DNA of 64,000 bases from positions 1,798,001 to 1,862,000 of the forward strand of contig JAWMAR010000404.1 of NCBI GenBank assembly GCA_036785375.1, in the 5' to 3' direction. The stretch comes from Leucoraja ocellata (Eukaryota). Positions within the stretch are counted from its first letter, which is position 1, and each line of letters starts with the position of its first letter. The notes under the pieces were generated by a model. The model worked only from the letters and a program-made list of their open reading frames with translations. It was not told the origin of the DNA and did not search any database. Shown piece after piece: positions 12,210 to 24,389 of this stretch. Both the position numbers and the translations under genes were made by a program.

Positions 12210-13686
12210 TCATAGAAACATAGAAACATAGAAATTAGGTGCAGGAGTAGGCCATTCGGCCCTTCGAGCCTGCACCGCCATTCAATATGATCATGGCTGA
12301 TCATCCAACTCATTATCCCGTACCTGCCTTCTCTCCATACCCTCTGATCCCCTTAGTCACAAGGGCCACATCTAACTCCCTCTTAAATATAGCCAATGAA
12401 CTGGCCTCGACTACCCTCTGCGGCAGAGAGTTCCAGAGACTCACCACTCTCTGTGTGAAAAAAGTTCTTCTCATCTCGATTTTAAAGGATTTCCCCCTTA
12501 TCCTTAAGCTGTGACCCCTTGTCCTGGATTTCCCCAACACCGGGAGCAATCTTCCTGCATCTAGCCTGTCCAACCCCTTAAGAATTTTGTAAGTTTCTAT
12601 AAGATCCCCTCTCAATCTCCAACATTCTAGAGAGTATAAACCAAGTCTATCCAGTCTTTCTTCATAAGACAGTCCTGACATCCCAGGAATCAGTCTGGTG
12701 AACCTTCTCTGCATTCCCTCTATGGCAATAATGTCCTTCCTCAGATTTGGAGACCAAAACTGTACGCAATACTCCAGGTGTGGTCTCACCAAGACCCTGT
12801 ACAACTGCAGTAGAACCTCCCTGCTCTTATACTCAAATCCTTTTGCTATGAAAGCTAACATACCATTCGCTTTCTTCACTGCCTGCTGCACCTGCATGCC
12901 TACTTTCAATGACTGGTGTACCATGACACCCAGGTCTCGCTGCATCTCCCCCTTTCCCAATCGGCCACCATTTAGATAATAGTCTGCTTTCCTATTTTTG
13001 CCACCAAAATGGATAACCTCACATTTATCCACATTATACTGCATCTGCCAAACATTTGCCCACTCACCCAGCCTATCCAAGTCACCCTGCAGTCTCCTAG
13101 CATCCTCCTCACAGCTAACACTGCCCCCCAGCTTAGTGTCATCCGCAAACTTGGAGATATTGCCTTCAATTCCCTCATCCAGATCATTAATATATATTGT
13201 AAATAGCTGGGGTCCCAGCACTGAGCCTTGCGGTACCCCACTAGTCACTGCCTGCTATTGTAAAAAGGACCCGTTTACTCCTACTCTTTGCTTCCTGTTT
13301 GCCAGCCAGTTCTCTATCCACATCAATACTGAACCCCCAATGCCGTGTACTTTAAGTTTGTATACTAATCTCTTATGTGGGACCTTGTCGAAAGCCTTCT
13401 GGAAGTCCAGTACACCACATCCACTGGTTCTCCCCTATCCACGCTACTAGTTACATCCTCGAAAAATTCTATAAGATTCGTCAGACATGATTTACCTTTC
13501 GTAAATCCATGCTGACTTTGTCCAATGATTTCACCACTTTCCAAATGTGCTGCTATCCCATCTTTAATAACTGACTCTAGCAGTTTCCCCACTACCGATG
13601 TTAAACTAACTGGTCTGAAATTCCCCGTTTTCTCTCTCCCTCCCTTCTTAAAAAGTGGGGTTACGTTTGCTACCCGCCAATCCTCA
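12210..13686 (-). mobile_element. 5'-truncated CR1 LINE (RT region and 3' end)
   Basis: ORFs 12313-13248 (GVPQGSVLGP, FADDTKL) and 13365-13736; CATAGAAA tail repeats at 12210. Confidence 0.93.
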
Positions 13687-13689
13687 GTC

Positions 13690-14150
13690 GTCATGGGCCC
13701 CAGTATCGGGCCCGTGTCTCCCTCCAGAGTTACCACCTTAGGAGACAGATGTTAGAGTTAGATGTTTTGCCACAAAAGTGGAAGGAAGTGGAAGCAGTAA
13801 TATGGCGTGGAAAGGCTTCTTCTGCACCGGGACCGAATGGAGTCCCTTACCGGGTACATAAAAGTGCACCTGATGTGCTTAGATTCTCGCAGAGGCTCTG
13901 TCCAATAGTTTGGTAGAAGCAGGTCATACCAAGGGTTTGGCATAGAGCAGGGGGAATGTTCATTCCCTAGAAGAAAGAGTCTCCAGAGTTAAATCAGTTT
14001 AGGCTGTTTGTCTCCTAAATGTAGATGGTAAGATTTTCTTTAGCATAGTGGCACAGAGGCTAGCAAGTTATATAGAAAGGAACAGGTTAATTGATCCCAC
14101 AGTGCAGAAAGCAGGTATACCAGGGTTCGCAGGTTACTTAGAACATATTA
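13690..14150 (+). mobile_element. HERO/NeSL-like non-LTR retrotransposon RT fragment
   Basis: Manual translation gives ASAPGPNGVPYRV, RAGGMFIP and LNVDGKIFFSIVAQRLASYIERNRLIDPTVQKAGIPGFAGYLEH, with stops and frameshifts. Confidence 0.7.
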
Positions 14151-14159
14151 GTTAAATAT

Positions 14160-15455
14160 AAAAACATAGAAAATAGGTGCAGGCGGAGGTCGTTTGGCCT
14201 ATCGAGCACAAACCGTCATTCAATGTGATCGTCCAAAATCATTACCCCGTTCTTGCTTTCTCCCCATATCCCTTGATTCCATTAGCCCCAAGCACTATAT
14301 CTAGCTCTCTCTTGAAAACATCCAGTGAATTGGCCTCCACTGCCTTCTGAGGCAGAGAATTCCACAAATTCACAACTCTCTTGCTAAAAAAAAGGTTTTC
14401 CTCATCTCAGTACTAAATGGCCTAATCCTTATTCTTAAACCGTGACCCATAGGTCTGAACCCCCAATATCAGGAACATTTTTCCTGCATCCAGCCTGTCC
14501 AAACCCTTAAGAATTATATATCTTTCTATAAGATCTCCTCTCATCCATCTTAATCCCTTCATTTAAGCCCAGTCGATCCATTCTTTCATCATATGTCTGT
14601 CCAGACATCCCGGGAATTAACCCTGTGAACCTATGCTGTGCTCATTCATTGACACGAATGTCCTTCCGCAAATTAGGAGACCAAAATTGAACCAGATGCT
14701 CAGGTGTGTTCTCACCAGAGCCCTGTACAACCCACTACCAATGTCAGGCTAACTGGTCTATAATTCCCTGTTTTCTCTTTCCCCTCTTTCTTAAAAGGTG
14801 GGGTTACATTAGGTACCCTCCAGTTCACTGGAACTAATCAAATGTCTATAGAACATTGGAAAATGATTACCAATACTTGCGCGATTTCGAGGGCCACCTC
14901 CTTGTGTTGTTTCGGATGCAGACCATCAGGCCCTGGGGATTTACATGTCTTCTGTCCCAACAGTTTACCTAACAACATTTCCTGAATCATGTGGATTCCC
15001 TTCACTTCCTCCCTCCCACTAGATCCTCGGTCCCCTTGTACTTCTGGAAGACTGTTTGTGTCTTCCTTAGTGAAGACAGAACCAAAGTATTTGTGTAACT
15101 GGTCTGCCAATTTCTTGTTTCCCAGTATAAATTAACCTGTTTCTGACTGTAAGGGGCCTATATTTGTCTTCACTAATATTTCCCCCGCAAGTTTCCTTTC
15201 ATGCTCTATTTACCCCCACTTAATTCATCCATTTGTCCTCCTCTGTTAAATATTACATTTAAATTTCTCCCAGTTTGTTGCTTTATCTGGCCAATTTATA
15301 TGCCTGGATTTAATATTCCCTAATTTCCATTATTTGCCACGGTTGAGCCGCCTTCCCTGTTTTATTTTTACACCTGACGGGTGAACAATTGGTGCAATTC
15401 ATCCATAGGATCTTTAAATGTTTGCCATTGCATATCTATCATCAAGCCTTTAAGT
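14160..15455 (-). mobile_element. Degraded CR1 LINE fragments
   Basis: 3' tail at 14160; ORF 14838-15110 YFGSVFTKED...KSPGPDGLHP. Confidence 0.85.
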
Positions 15456-15460
15456 ATCAT

Positions 15461-16187
15461 TTCAATTCAATTCAATTCAATTCAACTTTAATGTCATTGC
15501 ACAAATACGAGTATGGGTACAACGAAATGCAGTTTAGCGTCAGTCCATAGTATAGTGCAATATAGAAATAAAAATAAAAATACAGAATAATCAAACAATA
15601 ATCGAAAGCGAACGGTGTGGACGGAGAGACTGGAGAAATCTATCGGCGGAACTCTGAGTTCAGTAATGTGATGGTATTATTGTACAAGCTGTTCCTCATC
15701 CTCCTGGTACGAGACCTGAGGCTCCTGTACCGCCTCCCTGATGGGAAGAGGGCAAACAGTCCATGGTTGGGGTGGGAGGGGTCTTTGATGATCTTCCCGG
15801 CCCGTCTCAGACACCGTTTTCGGTGGAGGGCATCCATGGCAGGGAGCGGGGCACCGATGATGTACTGCGCGGTTTTCACCACCCGTTGTAGTGCCTTCCT
15901 GTCCGCTACGGTGCAACTGCTGTACCATACCGTGAAGCAGGTGGTCAGGATGCTTTTGATGGTACAGCGGTAAAAGTTGGTCAGGATCTGGGGGGACAGG
16001 TGAGCTTTCTTTAGCCTCCTCAGGAAGTAAAGGCACTGCTGTGCCTTTTTGATCAGCTTGGAGGTGTTGAGGGACCAGGACAGATCCTCCGAGATGTGTA
16101 CCCCGAGGAATTTGTAGTTGGAGACGCGCTCCACCTCAGTCCCGTTTATATGGATGGGGGTATGTCTGCCTCCTCTGACCTTCCTGA
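15461..16187 (-). mobile_element. Rex1/Babar-like LINE 3' fragment
   Basis: ORF 15640-16134 ERVSNYKFLGVHISEDLSWS...YFLRRL...DPSHP...SGRRYRS; (TTGAA)n tail. Confidence 0.85.
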
Positions 16188-16334
16188 ATTCAGTTTATCC
16201 TAGCAAATTCCCGTATCAAACCATCAAAAGCCAATACGCGTCTCACACAGTCAAAATCTGATTCAGTATGAACACAGTTATGAATAGTTATGGCACTAGA
16301 TTCAGACTGCCAAGCTCAAGAGAAGAGGTTTGCA

Positions 16335-17950
16335 TGGCCTTTCTACCAAGAAGATTTGAGTATAGGAACAAAGAGGTCCTTCTGCAGTTGTACAGGGCCC
16401 TAGTCAGACCACACCTAGAGTATTGTGTGCAGTTTTGGTCCCCTAATTTGAGGAAGGACATTCTTGCTATTCAGAGAGTGCAGCGTTATGAGGTAGCGCA
16501 GCGCTAATGTTATCCCACTTTTCAAGAAAGGAGCGAGAGAGGAAACGGGGAATTACAGGCCAGTTAGCCTGACTTCGATGATGGGAAAGATGCTGGAGTC
16601 AATTATTAAAGAGGTGATAATGGGGCAATTGGATAGCAGTAAAAGGATTAGTCCAAGTCAACATGGATTTATGAGAGGGAAATCTTGCTTGACTAATCTT
16701 CTGGAATGTTTTGAGGATGTGACAAGTAAAATGGATGAAGGGGTGCCAGTGGATGTAGTGTATCTAGACTTTCAGAAAGCCTTTGATAAGGTCCCGCACG
16801 GGAGACTGGTGACCAAAATTAGAACACATGGTATTGGGGGTAGGGTGTTGACATGGATAGAAAATTGGTTGGCAGACCAGAAGCAAATAGTAGAAGTGAA
16901 CGGGTCCTTTTCAGAATGGCAGGCAGTGGTGAGTGGAGTGCCGCAAGGCTCGGTGTGGGGCCGCAACTGTTTACCATATATATTAATGATTTGGAAGAGG
17001 GAATTAGGAGCAACACTAGCAAGTTTGCGGATGACACGAAGCTGGGTGGCAGTGTGAACTGTGAAGTGGATGTTAGGAGGTTGCAGGGTGACCTGGACAG
17101 GTTGAATAAGTGGGCAGATGCGTGGCAGATGCACTATAATATAGATAAATGTGAGGTTATCCACTTTGGCGGCAAAAACAAGGGGGCAGATTATTATCTC
17201 AATGGGGTTAGGTTAGGTAAGAGGGAGGTGCAGCGAGACCTGGGTGTCCTTCTACACAGGTCACTGAAAGTTGGCTTACAGGTACAGCAGGCAGTGAAGA
17301 AAGCTAATGGAATGTTGGCCTTCATAACAAGAGGATTTCAGTATAGGAGTAAAGAGGTTCTTCTGCAGTTGTATAGGGCTCTGGTGAGGCCACATCTGGA
17401 GTATTGTGTACAGTTTTGGTCTCCTAATTTGAGGAAGGACATTCTTGTGATTGAGGCAGTGCAGCGTAGGTTCACGAGATTGATCCCTGGGATGGCGGGA
17501 CTGTCATATGAGGAAAGATTGAAAAGACTAGGCTTGTATTCACTGGAGTTTAGAAGGATGAGGGGGATTCTTATAGAAACATATAAAATTATAAAAGGAT
17601 GGACAAGCTAGATGCAGCAAAAATGTTCCCAATGTGGGGCGTGTCCAGAACCAGGGGCCACGGTCTTAGAATAAAGGGGAGGTCATTTAAGACTGAGGTG
17701 AGAAAAAACTTTTTCACCCAGAGAGTTGTGAATTTGTGGAATTCCCTGCCACAGAGGGCAGTGGAGGCCAAGTCACTGGATGGATTTAAGAGAGAGTTAG
17801 ATAGAGCTCTGGGATAGTGGAGTCAAGGGATATGGGGAAAAGGCAGGCACGGGTTATTGATTGGGGACGATCAGCCATGATCACAATGAATGGCGGTGCT
17901 GGCTCGAAGGGCTGAATGGCCTCCTCCTGCTCCTATTTTCTATGTTTCTA
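16335..17950 (+). mobile_element. CR1 LINE RT and 3' region (rearranged, frameshifted)
   Basis: ORFs 16578-17057, 16853-17611 and 17599-17817 with DFQKAFDKVPH and FADDTKL; ends in TTTCTATG tail. Confidence 0.92.
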
Positions 17951-19152
17951 TGTCCCTATGTTTCTATGTGTCTATGTCTCTATGTCTCTATGTGTCTATG
18001 TGTCTATGTGTCTATGTCTCTATGTGTCTATGTCTCTATGTGTCTATGTGTCTATGTCTCTATGTGTCTATGTGTCTATGTGTCCATGTGTCTATGTTTC
18101 TATGTCTCTATGTCTCTATGTGTCTATGTGTCTATGTGTCTATGTTTCTATGTCTCTATGTTTCTATGTGTCTATGTGTCTATGTGTCTATGTCTCTATG
18201 TTTCTATGTCTCTATGTGTCTATGTGTCTATGCCTCTATGTGTCTATGTCTCTATGTGTCTGTCTCTATGTGTCTATGTCTCCATGTGTCTATGTGTCCA
18301 TGTCTCTATGTGTCTATGTGTCTATGTGTCTATGTCTCTATGTGTCTATGTCTCTATGTGTCTATGTCTCTATGTGTCTATGTGTCTATGTGTCTATGTC
18401 TCTATGTGTCTATGTGTCTATGTGTCTATGTCTCTATGTGTCTGTCTCTATGTGTCTATGTCTCTATGTGTCTATGTGTCTATGTGTCTATGTGTCTATG
18501 TCTCTATGTGTCTATGCGTCTATGTTTCTATGTCTCTATGTGTCTATATCTCTATGTTTCTATGTCTCTATGTTTCCATGTCTCTATGTGTCTATATCTC
18601 TATGTGTCTATGTTTCTATGTCTCTATGTGTCTATATCTCTATGTGTCTATGTCTCTATGTGTCTATATCTCTATGTCTCTATGTGTCTATGTGTCTATG
18701 TCTCTATGTGTCTATGTGTCTATGTTTCTATGTCTCTATGTTTCTATGTCTCTATGTGTCTATGTGTCTATGTCTCTATGTTTCTATATCTCTATGTGTC
18801 TATGTCTCTATGTGCCTATGTGCCTATGTCTCTATGTGTCTATGTGTCTATGTCTCTATGTTTCTATGTCTCTATGTGTCTATGTCTCTATGTGTCTATG
18901 TGTCTATGTCTCTATGTGTCTATATCTCTATGTGTATGTTTCTATGTCTCTATGTGTCTATATCTCTATGTGTCTATGTTTCTATGTCTCTATGTTTCTA
19001 TGTCTCTATGTGTCTATGTCTCTATGTTTCTATGTCTCTATGTCTCTATATCTCTATGTGTCTATGTTTCTATGTCTCTATGTTTCTATGTGTCTATGTC
19101 TCTATGTTTCTATGTGTCTATGTCTCTATGTTTCTATGTGTCTATGTGTCTA
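17938..19152 (+). repeat. Octamer satellite (CTATGTGT/CTATGTCT/CTATGTTT)n
   Basis: About 1.2 kb of 8-bp variants directly continuing the CR1 tail. Confidence 0.97.
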
Positions 19153-19153
19153 C

Positions 19154-19883
19154 AATTCAATTTCAATTCAATTCAACTTTAATGTCGTCGCACAAATACA
19201 AGTATCAGTACAACAAAATGCAGTTTTGCGTCAGTCCGTAGTAGTTGTACATAAAGAAAACAAAAAAAAATTAAAAAATAGAAAGAGGGAAGATACAGAA
19301 TAATTAAACAATGGGGACGGAGGGACCAGAGAAATCTATCGTCGGGACTCCGAGTTCAGCAGTGTGATTGTGTTGTTGTAGAAGCTGTTCCTCATCCTAC
19401 TAGTACGTGACCTGAGGCTCCTGTACCGCCTCCCTGATGGGAGGAGGGCAAACAGTCCATGGTTGGGGTGTGAGGGGTCTTTGATGATCTTCCCAGCCCG
19501 TCTCAGACACCGTTTTCGGTGGAGGGCATCCATGGCAGGGAGCGGGGCACCGATGATGTGCTGCGTGGTTTTCACCACCCGTTGTAGTGCCTTCCTGTCC
19601 GCAGCAGTGCAGCTGCTGTACCATACCGTGAAGCAGGTGGTCAGGATACTCTCTATGGTACAGCGGTAAAAGTTGGTCAGGATCTGGGGGGACAGGTGAG
19701 CTTTCTTGAGTCTCCTTAGGAAGTAAAGGCGCTGCTGTGCCTTTTTGATCAGCTTGGAGGTGTTGAGGGACCAGGACAAATCCTCCGAGATATGTACTCC
19801 GAGGAATTTATAGCTGGAGACGCGCTCCACCTCAGTCCCGTTTATATGGATGGGGGTATGACTGCCTCCTCTGGTCTGCCTGG
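19154..19883 (-). mobile_element. Rex1/Babar-like LINE 3' fragment inside the octamer satellite
   Basis: ORF 19336-19830, close paralog of 15640-16134; (TTGAA)n tail; satellite on both sides. Confidence 0.85.
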
Positions 19884-20130
19884 TCTATGTTTCTATGTTT
19901 CTATGTCTCTATGTCTCTATGTCTCTATGTGTCTATGTGTCTATGTGTCTATGTGTCTATGTGTCTATGTGTCTATGTCTCTATGTCTCTATGTGTCTAT
20001 GTTTCTATGTTTCTATGTCTCTATGTGTCTATGTGTCTATGTGTCTATGTGTCTCTATGTCTCTATGTGTCTATGTGTCTGTGTGTCTATGTGTCTATGT
20101 CTCTATGTCTCTATGCTTCTATGCTTCTAT
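19884..20130 (+). repeat. Octamer satellite, distal part
   Basis: Same CTATGT(G/C/T)T units resume after the Rex1-like element. Confidence 0.95.
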
Positions 20131-20500
20131 AGCCACCTGGTCGCAGGGGGGGGGGTTGTGGTCTTCCTCGCCATCACGTCGTTCTGTGCTTCAAACCGGG
20201 CGTAGAACATGTTCAGCGCATCAGGCAGAGAGGCATCGCTGTCACAGGCTGGTGTTGATGTCCTGAAGTTGGTGATGACTTGGATACCTTGCCACAGCTT
20301 CAGTGTGTCCCTGCTGTCACTGAAGTGGCCGTGGATTTTCCTTGCATGCGCTCACTTTGCTTCCCTGATGGTGCAGGGCAGTTTGGCCCTCGCTGTTCTC
20401 AGGGCCTCCTTATCGCCTGCTCTGAAGGCCGTGTCTCGGGCATTCAGCAGCGCACGTACCTCTGCAGTCATCCATGGTTTACTGTTGGGGACGTGTGGTG
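20131..20500 (-). mobile_element. Rex1/Babar-like LINE internal fragment
   Basis: [27 protein letters not shown]...IREAK, the inter-domain region between EN and RT. Confidence 0.7.
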
Positions 20501-23500
20501 ATGAGCTCAGTGACAGTAATGTCATCAATTCCAATACGGCCGGAATGTTCTTGGCCTTTTGGTCGAGGTTGTTGTCCAAGCAGTATATGCCCCATTTCTT
20601 GATGTGTCCAAGGTATTGCTTCCGTGTTGACAGTCTTTGTGCAGATGAGATGAGATTCATCGTCCTGTCTGACAGCCCCATGCCGTGTAGTGGGTCTTTC
20701 AGACTCTACAAATCAACAAATCCCTAGTCTTATGGCATGGATGACTGGCCCCAGTCACTGGATGAATTAATACATTCTGGCTATGTCCATAAGGGAACAT
20801 GGTTCTAACACCATCCCCTGTATGACCGAATACCACGGTTGAGTAGGCCAATCGGGTACTATGAGAATCCCAGATGCCGAGTCTTGTTGAATTTCCTTAG
20901 TACCCGATTGATGAGGCAGAACGGGGGAAATGCATCACCCTATGGCTTTGTTTACGTAACAATGCCAAGCTGGTTTTAGAATTTTAGTAAATAATCTGGG
21001 GGCTGATGTTTGCCCCTTTGGTAAAGCTCTATATTGCCAAAGTTCCCCCCCATCCAGTTAAATTTCAAATACCGTCTGTGATCCCCTCTGATGGGTACTG
21101 TATAGTATGCATCTTTTGAGTCAATGCTTGCCATATAGAAACCCAGCTGACACTAATTCTTTAGCAGTAATAAGAGTATCCATCTTAAATTGGACATATT
21201 GAACAAATGTGTTTAGGGTTGAAAGGTCAATGATAATCCTGCAACCCCCATCTTTTTTATATTTTATAATAAATATGTTTGATACAAATTCTAATTTTTC
21301 ATGAATAGTCTGCTCAATCACACCTTTTGTGTACAATCTTTGTAGCACCATGTGGGCTTTAGATTGTTCTGTTTTTGTAAGGACAAAATGCCTTTCTGGT
21401 GTATGTTGTACTGGGGGGTTATTGGGATAAGTAAATTCTATCAGATAACCCTGAATACTGCTGAGAATATATGAGTCTGTAGTGATTTTACACCATACAT
21501 AACTGTAGTGTTGCAACCTCCCCTCCCCCACCATCGTGGGTCCCTTTTTTACAGAAGAACCACACCCACCTACCTCCATGGTTACCGGTGGTTGTGTTAT
21601 TTCCTTGGTTTTTTGAAAAGGGGGGTTCTGGTTTGATATCCCTTGTTCGGGGTTGTGTGGGAGGTTGAGGCTTCCGCATCTTCCAGGGTGGCCGTCCCTG
21701 GCCATACCCTAAAAAAGGCTGCTGCGGGTAATATTGATTTCTAGCACTGCCACTGGTATGAGCCACATTTTTTGGTATTACATGTGGCTGGCATCATGCT
21801 CCAAAATAGGCCTTTGCGCTGGCCTTGATGAGCCCCAGTGTCTTGGCTTCGTCATCCAGTTTGTTGACTTGTGCGGTCAAGTCTTGTACAAACAAAAGGG
21901 TTGAGGTATTTGCGGTTCTTTGTTTGCAAATGGTAGCATATTAGGGGTCCAGTGCTGGCTGAATGGCAGCCTTCCACATGTAATTCAGCTCATATTGCAC
22001 ATTGCAAAACAGAGCTAGTGCGTCTTGATGGTCTTTGGTTAGCTCTGTTTTGTCCAGGGTGCGGGTGTATGCTCTGATCCCTGCCGTCAGTCCCTTTAAG
22101 GTTTTCTGGATCTTGAGGTCCTGGTTCCTGATGTTCCTCCCCATATGCTGCCAAATGCATTGGTTTACACTGGGCACCTGTAATGCCTCACCGTTGCCAG
22201 GTGGCAGATGTCTGGCCAGTCTCTGTAAATATTTCTTGGTGGAGTTTGTGGCCAGACATATAGTTAATACTATTGCCATCCTGGATCCAAGTCTACCCCT
22301 GTTTGACTTGGTTTAAAGTAATCAGCCACCATGTCCAGCAGAGTCCCTGCTGTTTTAGGATCATGGGACGCTGTATTACCAGGCTCTGGCCCATCAGGGT
22401 CCTGCCTACTCTTTTTTATAGAGTTAGAGATCTCTAGGGGTCCCGCACGGGGTACCCATGTGGGGCTTACCTCCTGCCCACTGTGGCTAGTCTCCACATC
22501 CATGTGACTGCTACTGTGAAGGAGCTCCTTTTTTCCCCCGCTGTTTCCGTCCCCTGTACACACGGGCACTGGTTTGCGGGTTTTCCTCGCCCCACCGCTG
22601 TCCGCACCGGTCTTGTATGTAGGTCCACCTCTCCACACGGTCCCAGTACTCACAGGCACCTGTGCTGGCTGCTGTCATGCTGCAGCCACTCGTACCGGCT
22701 TCCTCCAGCGTGGGCTAGCGGGTCCACGCCGTCTCCGTACTTCCAGCGCCATGGACCCATCTAATACTTTAACCAAAGGATTAACAAACAGATTCTATGA
22801 AAAAACCCCTATTTTTAGGTCCACACCATTTTCCCACATACCTATAATAAGGGTCATAGTAACATAGAAAAACATAGAAATTAGGTGGAGGAGCAGGCCA
22901 TTCAGCCCCTCGAGCCTGCACCGCCATTCAATTCAATGGGTTTAAGCCCCACAGAAGCAGGGCATCAAAAAATTAGTGAAAACTCTGAGTGTTCCTCTCC
23001 ACGGAAATCTTTAGTAAAAGGAGAAAGATTTATACGATCTGAAGAGAAACCAGAGTATATTCGTGGGGATGTACCCGATTCGTCGGGATTTTGCTGTCGG
23101 CTCCAACGCTCTCGGCGCTCCTGGCTGCTCATTTATCTCAGACCGCTGGGACCGACCCCGGTACTCACGGTACTGGTCCCTCGTGGTCGTTTGCAGCCGG
23201 TCAACCCCACTCCAATGCCCTCAGTTCTGTGAGCCTCGGCGCTGGCCGCTAGCGCTGCTCCAAGCCAGACTCGCTTGAGACTGGCATACTTTGTATTTAC
23301 GTCTTTGCTTCGCTTCCCGCCCGGCTGAGAAGTGAATTTTGCCGGTGCGGGAGCGAAGTCGGCCACAGGTGTTTCTTCTCCGGGAAATTGGTGTGCCGTT
23401 GCTGCTGTTGCCGGCTGCCCGCACTCCGCGGTTCTCCCCCGCCAGCTTTCCGCAGCCTTCATGGATCAGGTCCATGTCTCCACCTAAACGGGTAAGTGAA

Positions 23501-23663
23501 AGGAACGCAGAGTCTCTTACCTGCTGTTCCCGACTTTCAAATTCTCCCGCTGGGGAACGTCGTTCCCCCTGTGTGACTCGTTGCAATGCGTGTAGCGATA
23601 TGACACGCATGCGTTGGAAGCGGGTTCTTCACGTAGTCACTCACGTGACTCCGAAGTAAAATT
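20500..23663 (-). mobile_element. DIRS1-like tyrosine-recombinase retrotransposon remnant A
   Basis: Gag-like ORF 21941-22279; RT start 21121-21705 (FVSNIF...KKDGGCRIIIDLSTLNTFVQYVQFKMDT); recombinase N-terminal helix ([10 protein letters not shown]...[13 protein letters not shown]); terminal motif shared with remnant C. Confidence 0.85.
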
Positions 23664-23664
23664 A

Positions 23665-23962
23665 CTTTCCTGCAGTCATAACAACAAAAAAACCAAAACA
23701 CACAATTAACACAATTCCACACAAACATTCATCACAGTGAATCTCCAAATACCTCCTCACTGTGATGGAAGGCAAAAGTCTTATCTCTTGCCCACAGTCA
23801 AGCAGTCAAACTGCTGCATCGAGCTGATCGAGGCTCTTGATGTTAGAGGCCCCGGTGGGTAATGGTAAGTCCTGCGGCTGTTTAAGCCGCGCCAGGTGAT
23901 GTAAGGCCCCGCTCCGGGTCGATTTATACCCCTCGATTCGGGCGGTCAAAGTTTGCCGTTGT
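23665..23962 (-). mobile_element. Fragment of non-autonomous retroelement related to 37187-38093
   Basis: Shares AAACAT.CATCACA...CTGTGATGGAAGGC...CTTATCTC and TCTTG.TGTTAGAG.CCCCGG with the 37.2-38.1 kb element. Confidence 0.6.
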
Positions 23963-24130
23963 GGATGATTAGCCATGATCACAGTGAATGGCGGTGCTGG
24001 CTCGAAGGGCCGAATGGCCTACTCCTGCAACTATTGTGTATTGTCTCAGGGTCTAGTCTTTATGGAGATGACGTTAAGGTAAGGCCGCTGTTTCAAACCC
24101 TCTCTTGGGTTTCAGTGTTTGTGGAAAGAT

Positions 24131-24297
24131 TGGGCAGCACAGTGGTAGAGTTGCTGCCTCACAGCACCAGATACCTGGGTTTGAAACTGACACCATGTGT
24201 TATCCGTACAGAGTTTGAATACTCTTCCTGTGACCAAGTGTGTTTTCCACATATGTTCTGGGGTCCTCCCATACTCCAAAGATATCCAGATTTATAG
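24131..24297 (+). mobile_element. tRNA-derived V-SINE (HE1-like), degraded
   Basis: GGCAGCACAGTGGTAGAGTTGCTGCCTCACAGC head with a degenerate B-box, followed by a V-domain-like core (GAGTTTG...CTCCCA...CCAAAGA). Confidence 0.75.
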
Positions 24298-24389
24298 TTT
24301 AATTGTTATTTCCTAATTGGCATTAGGTATTTCCTAACATATTTCATTCGAGATTCTTTCAATTCAGGGTTCTGGAATCTTGTACAAAA

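Noticed and set aside
17861-19303. 430-480 aa ORFs rich in CVYVSM (also 57459-58904)
   Set aside because: Translation of a stop-free octamer satellite, open in all three frames.
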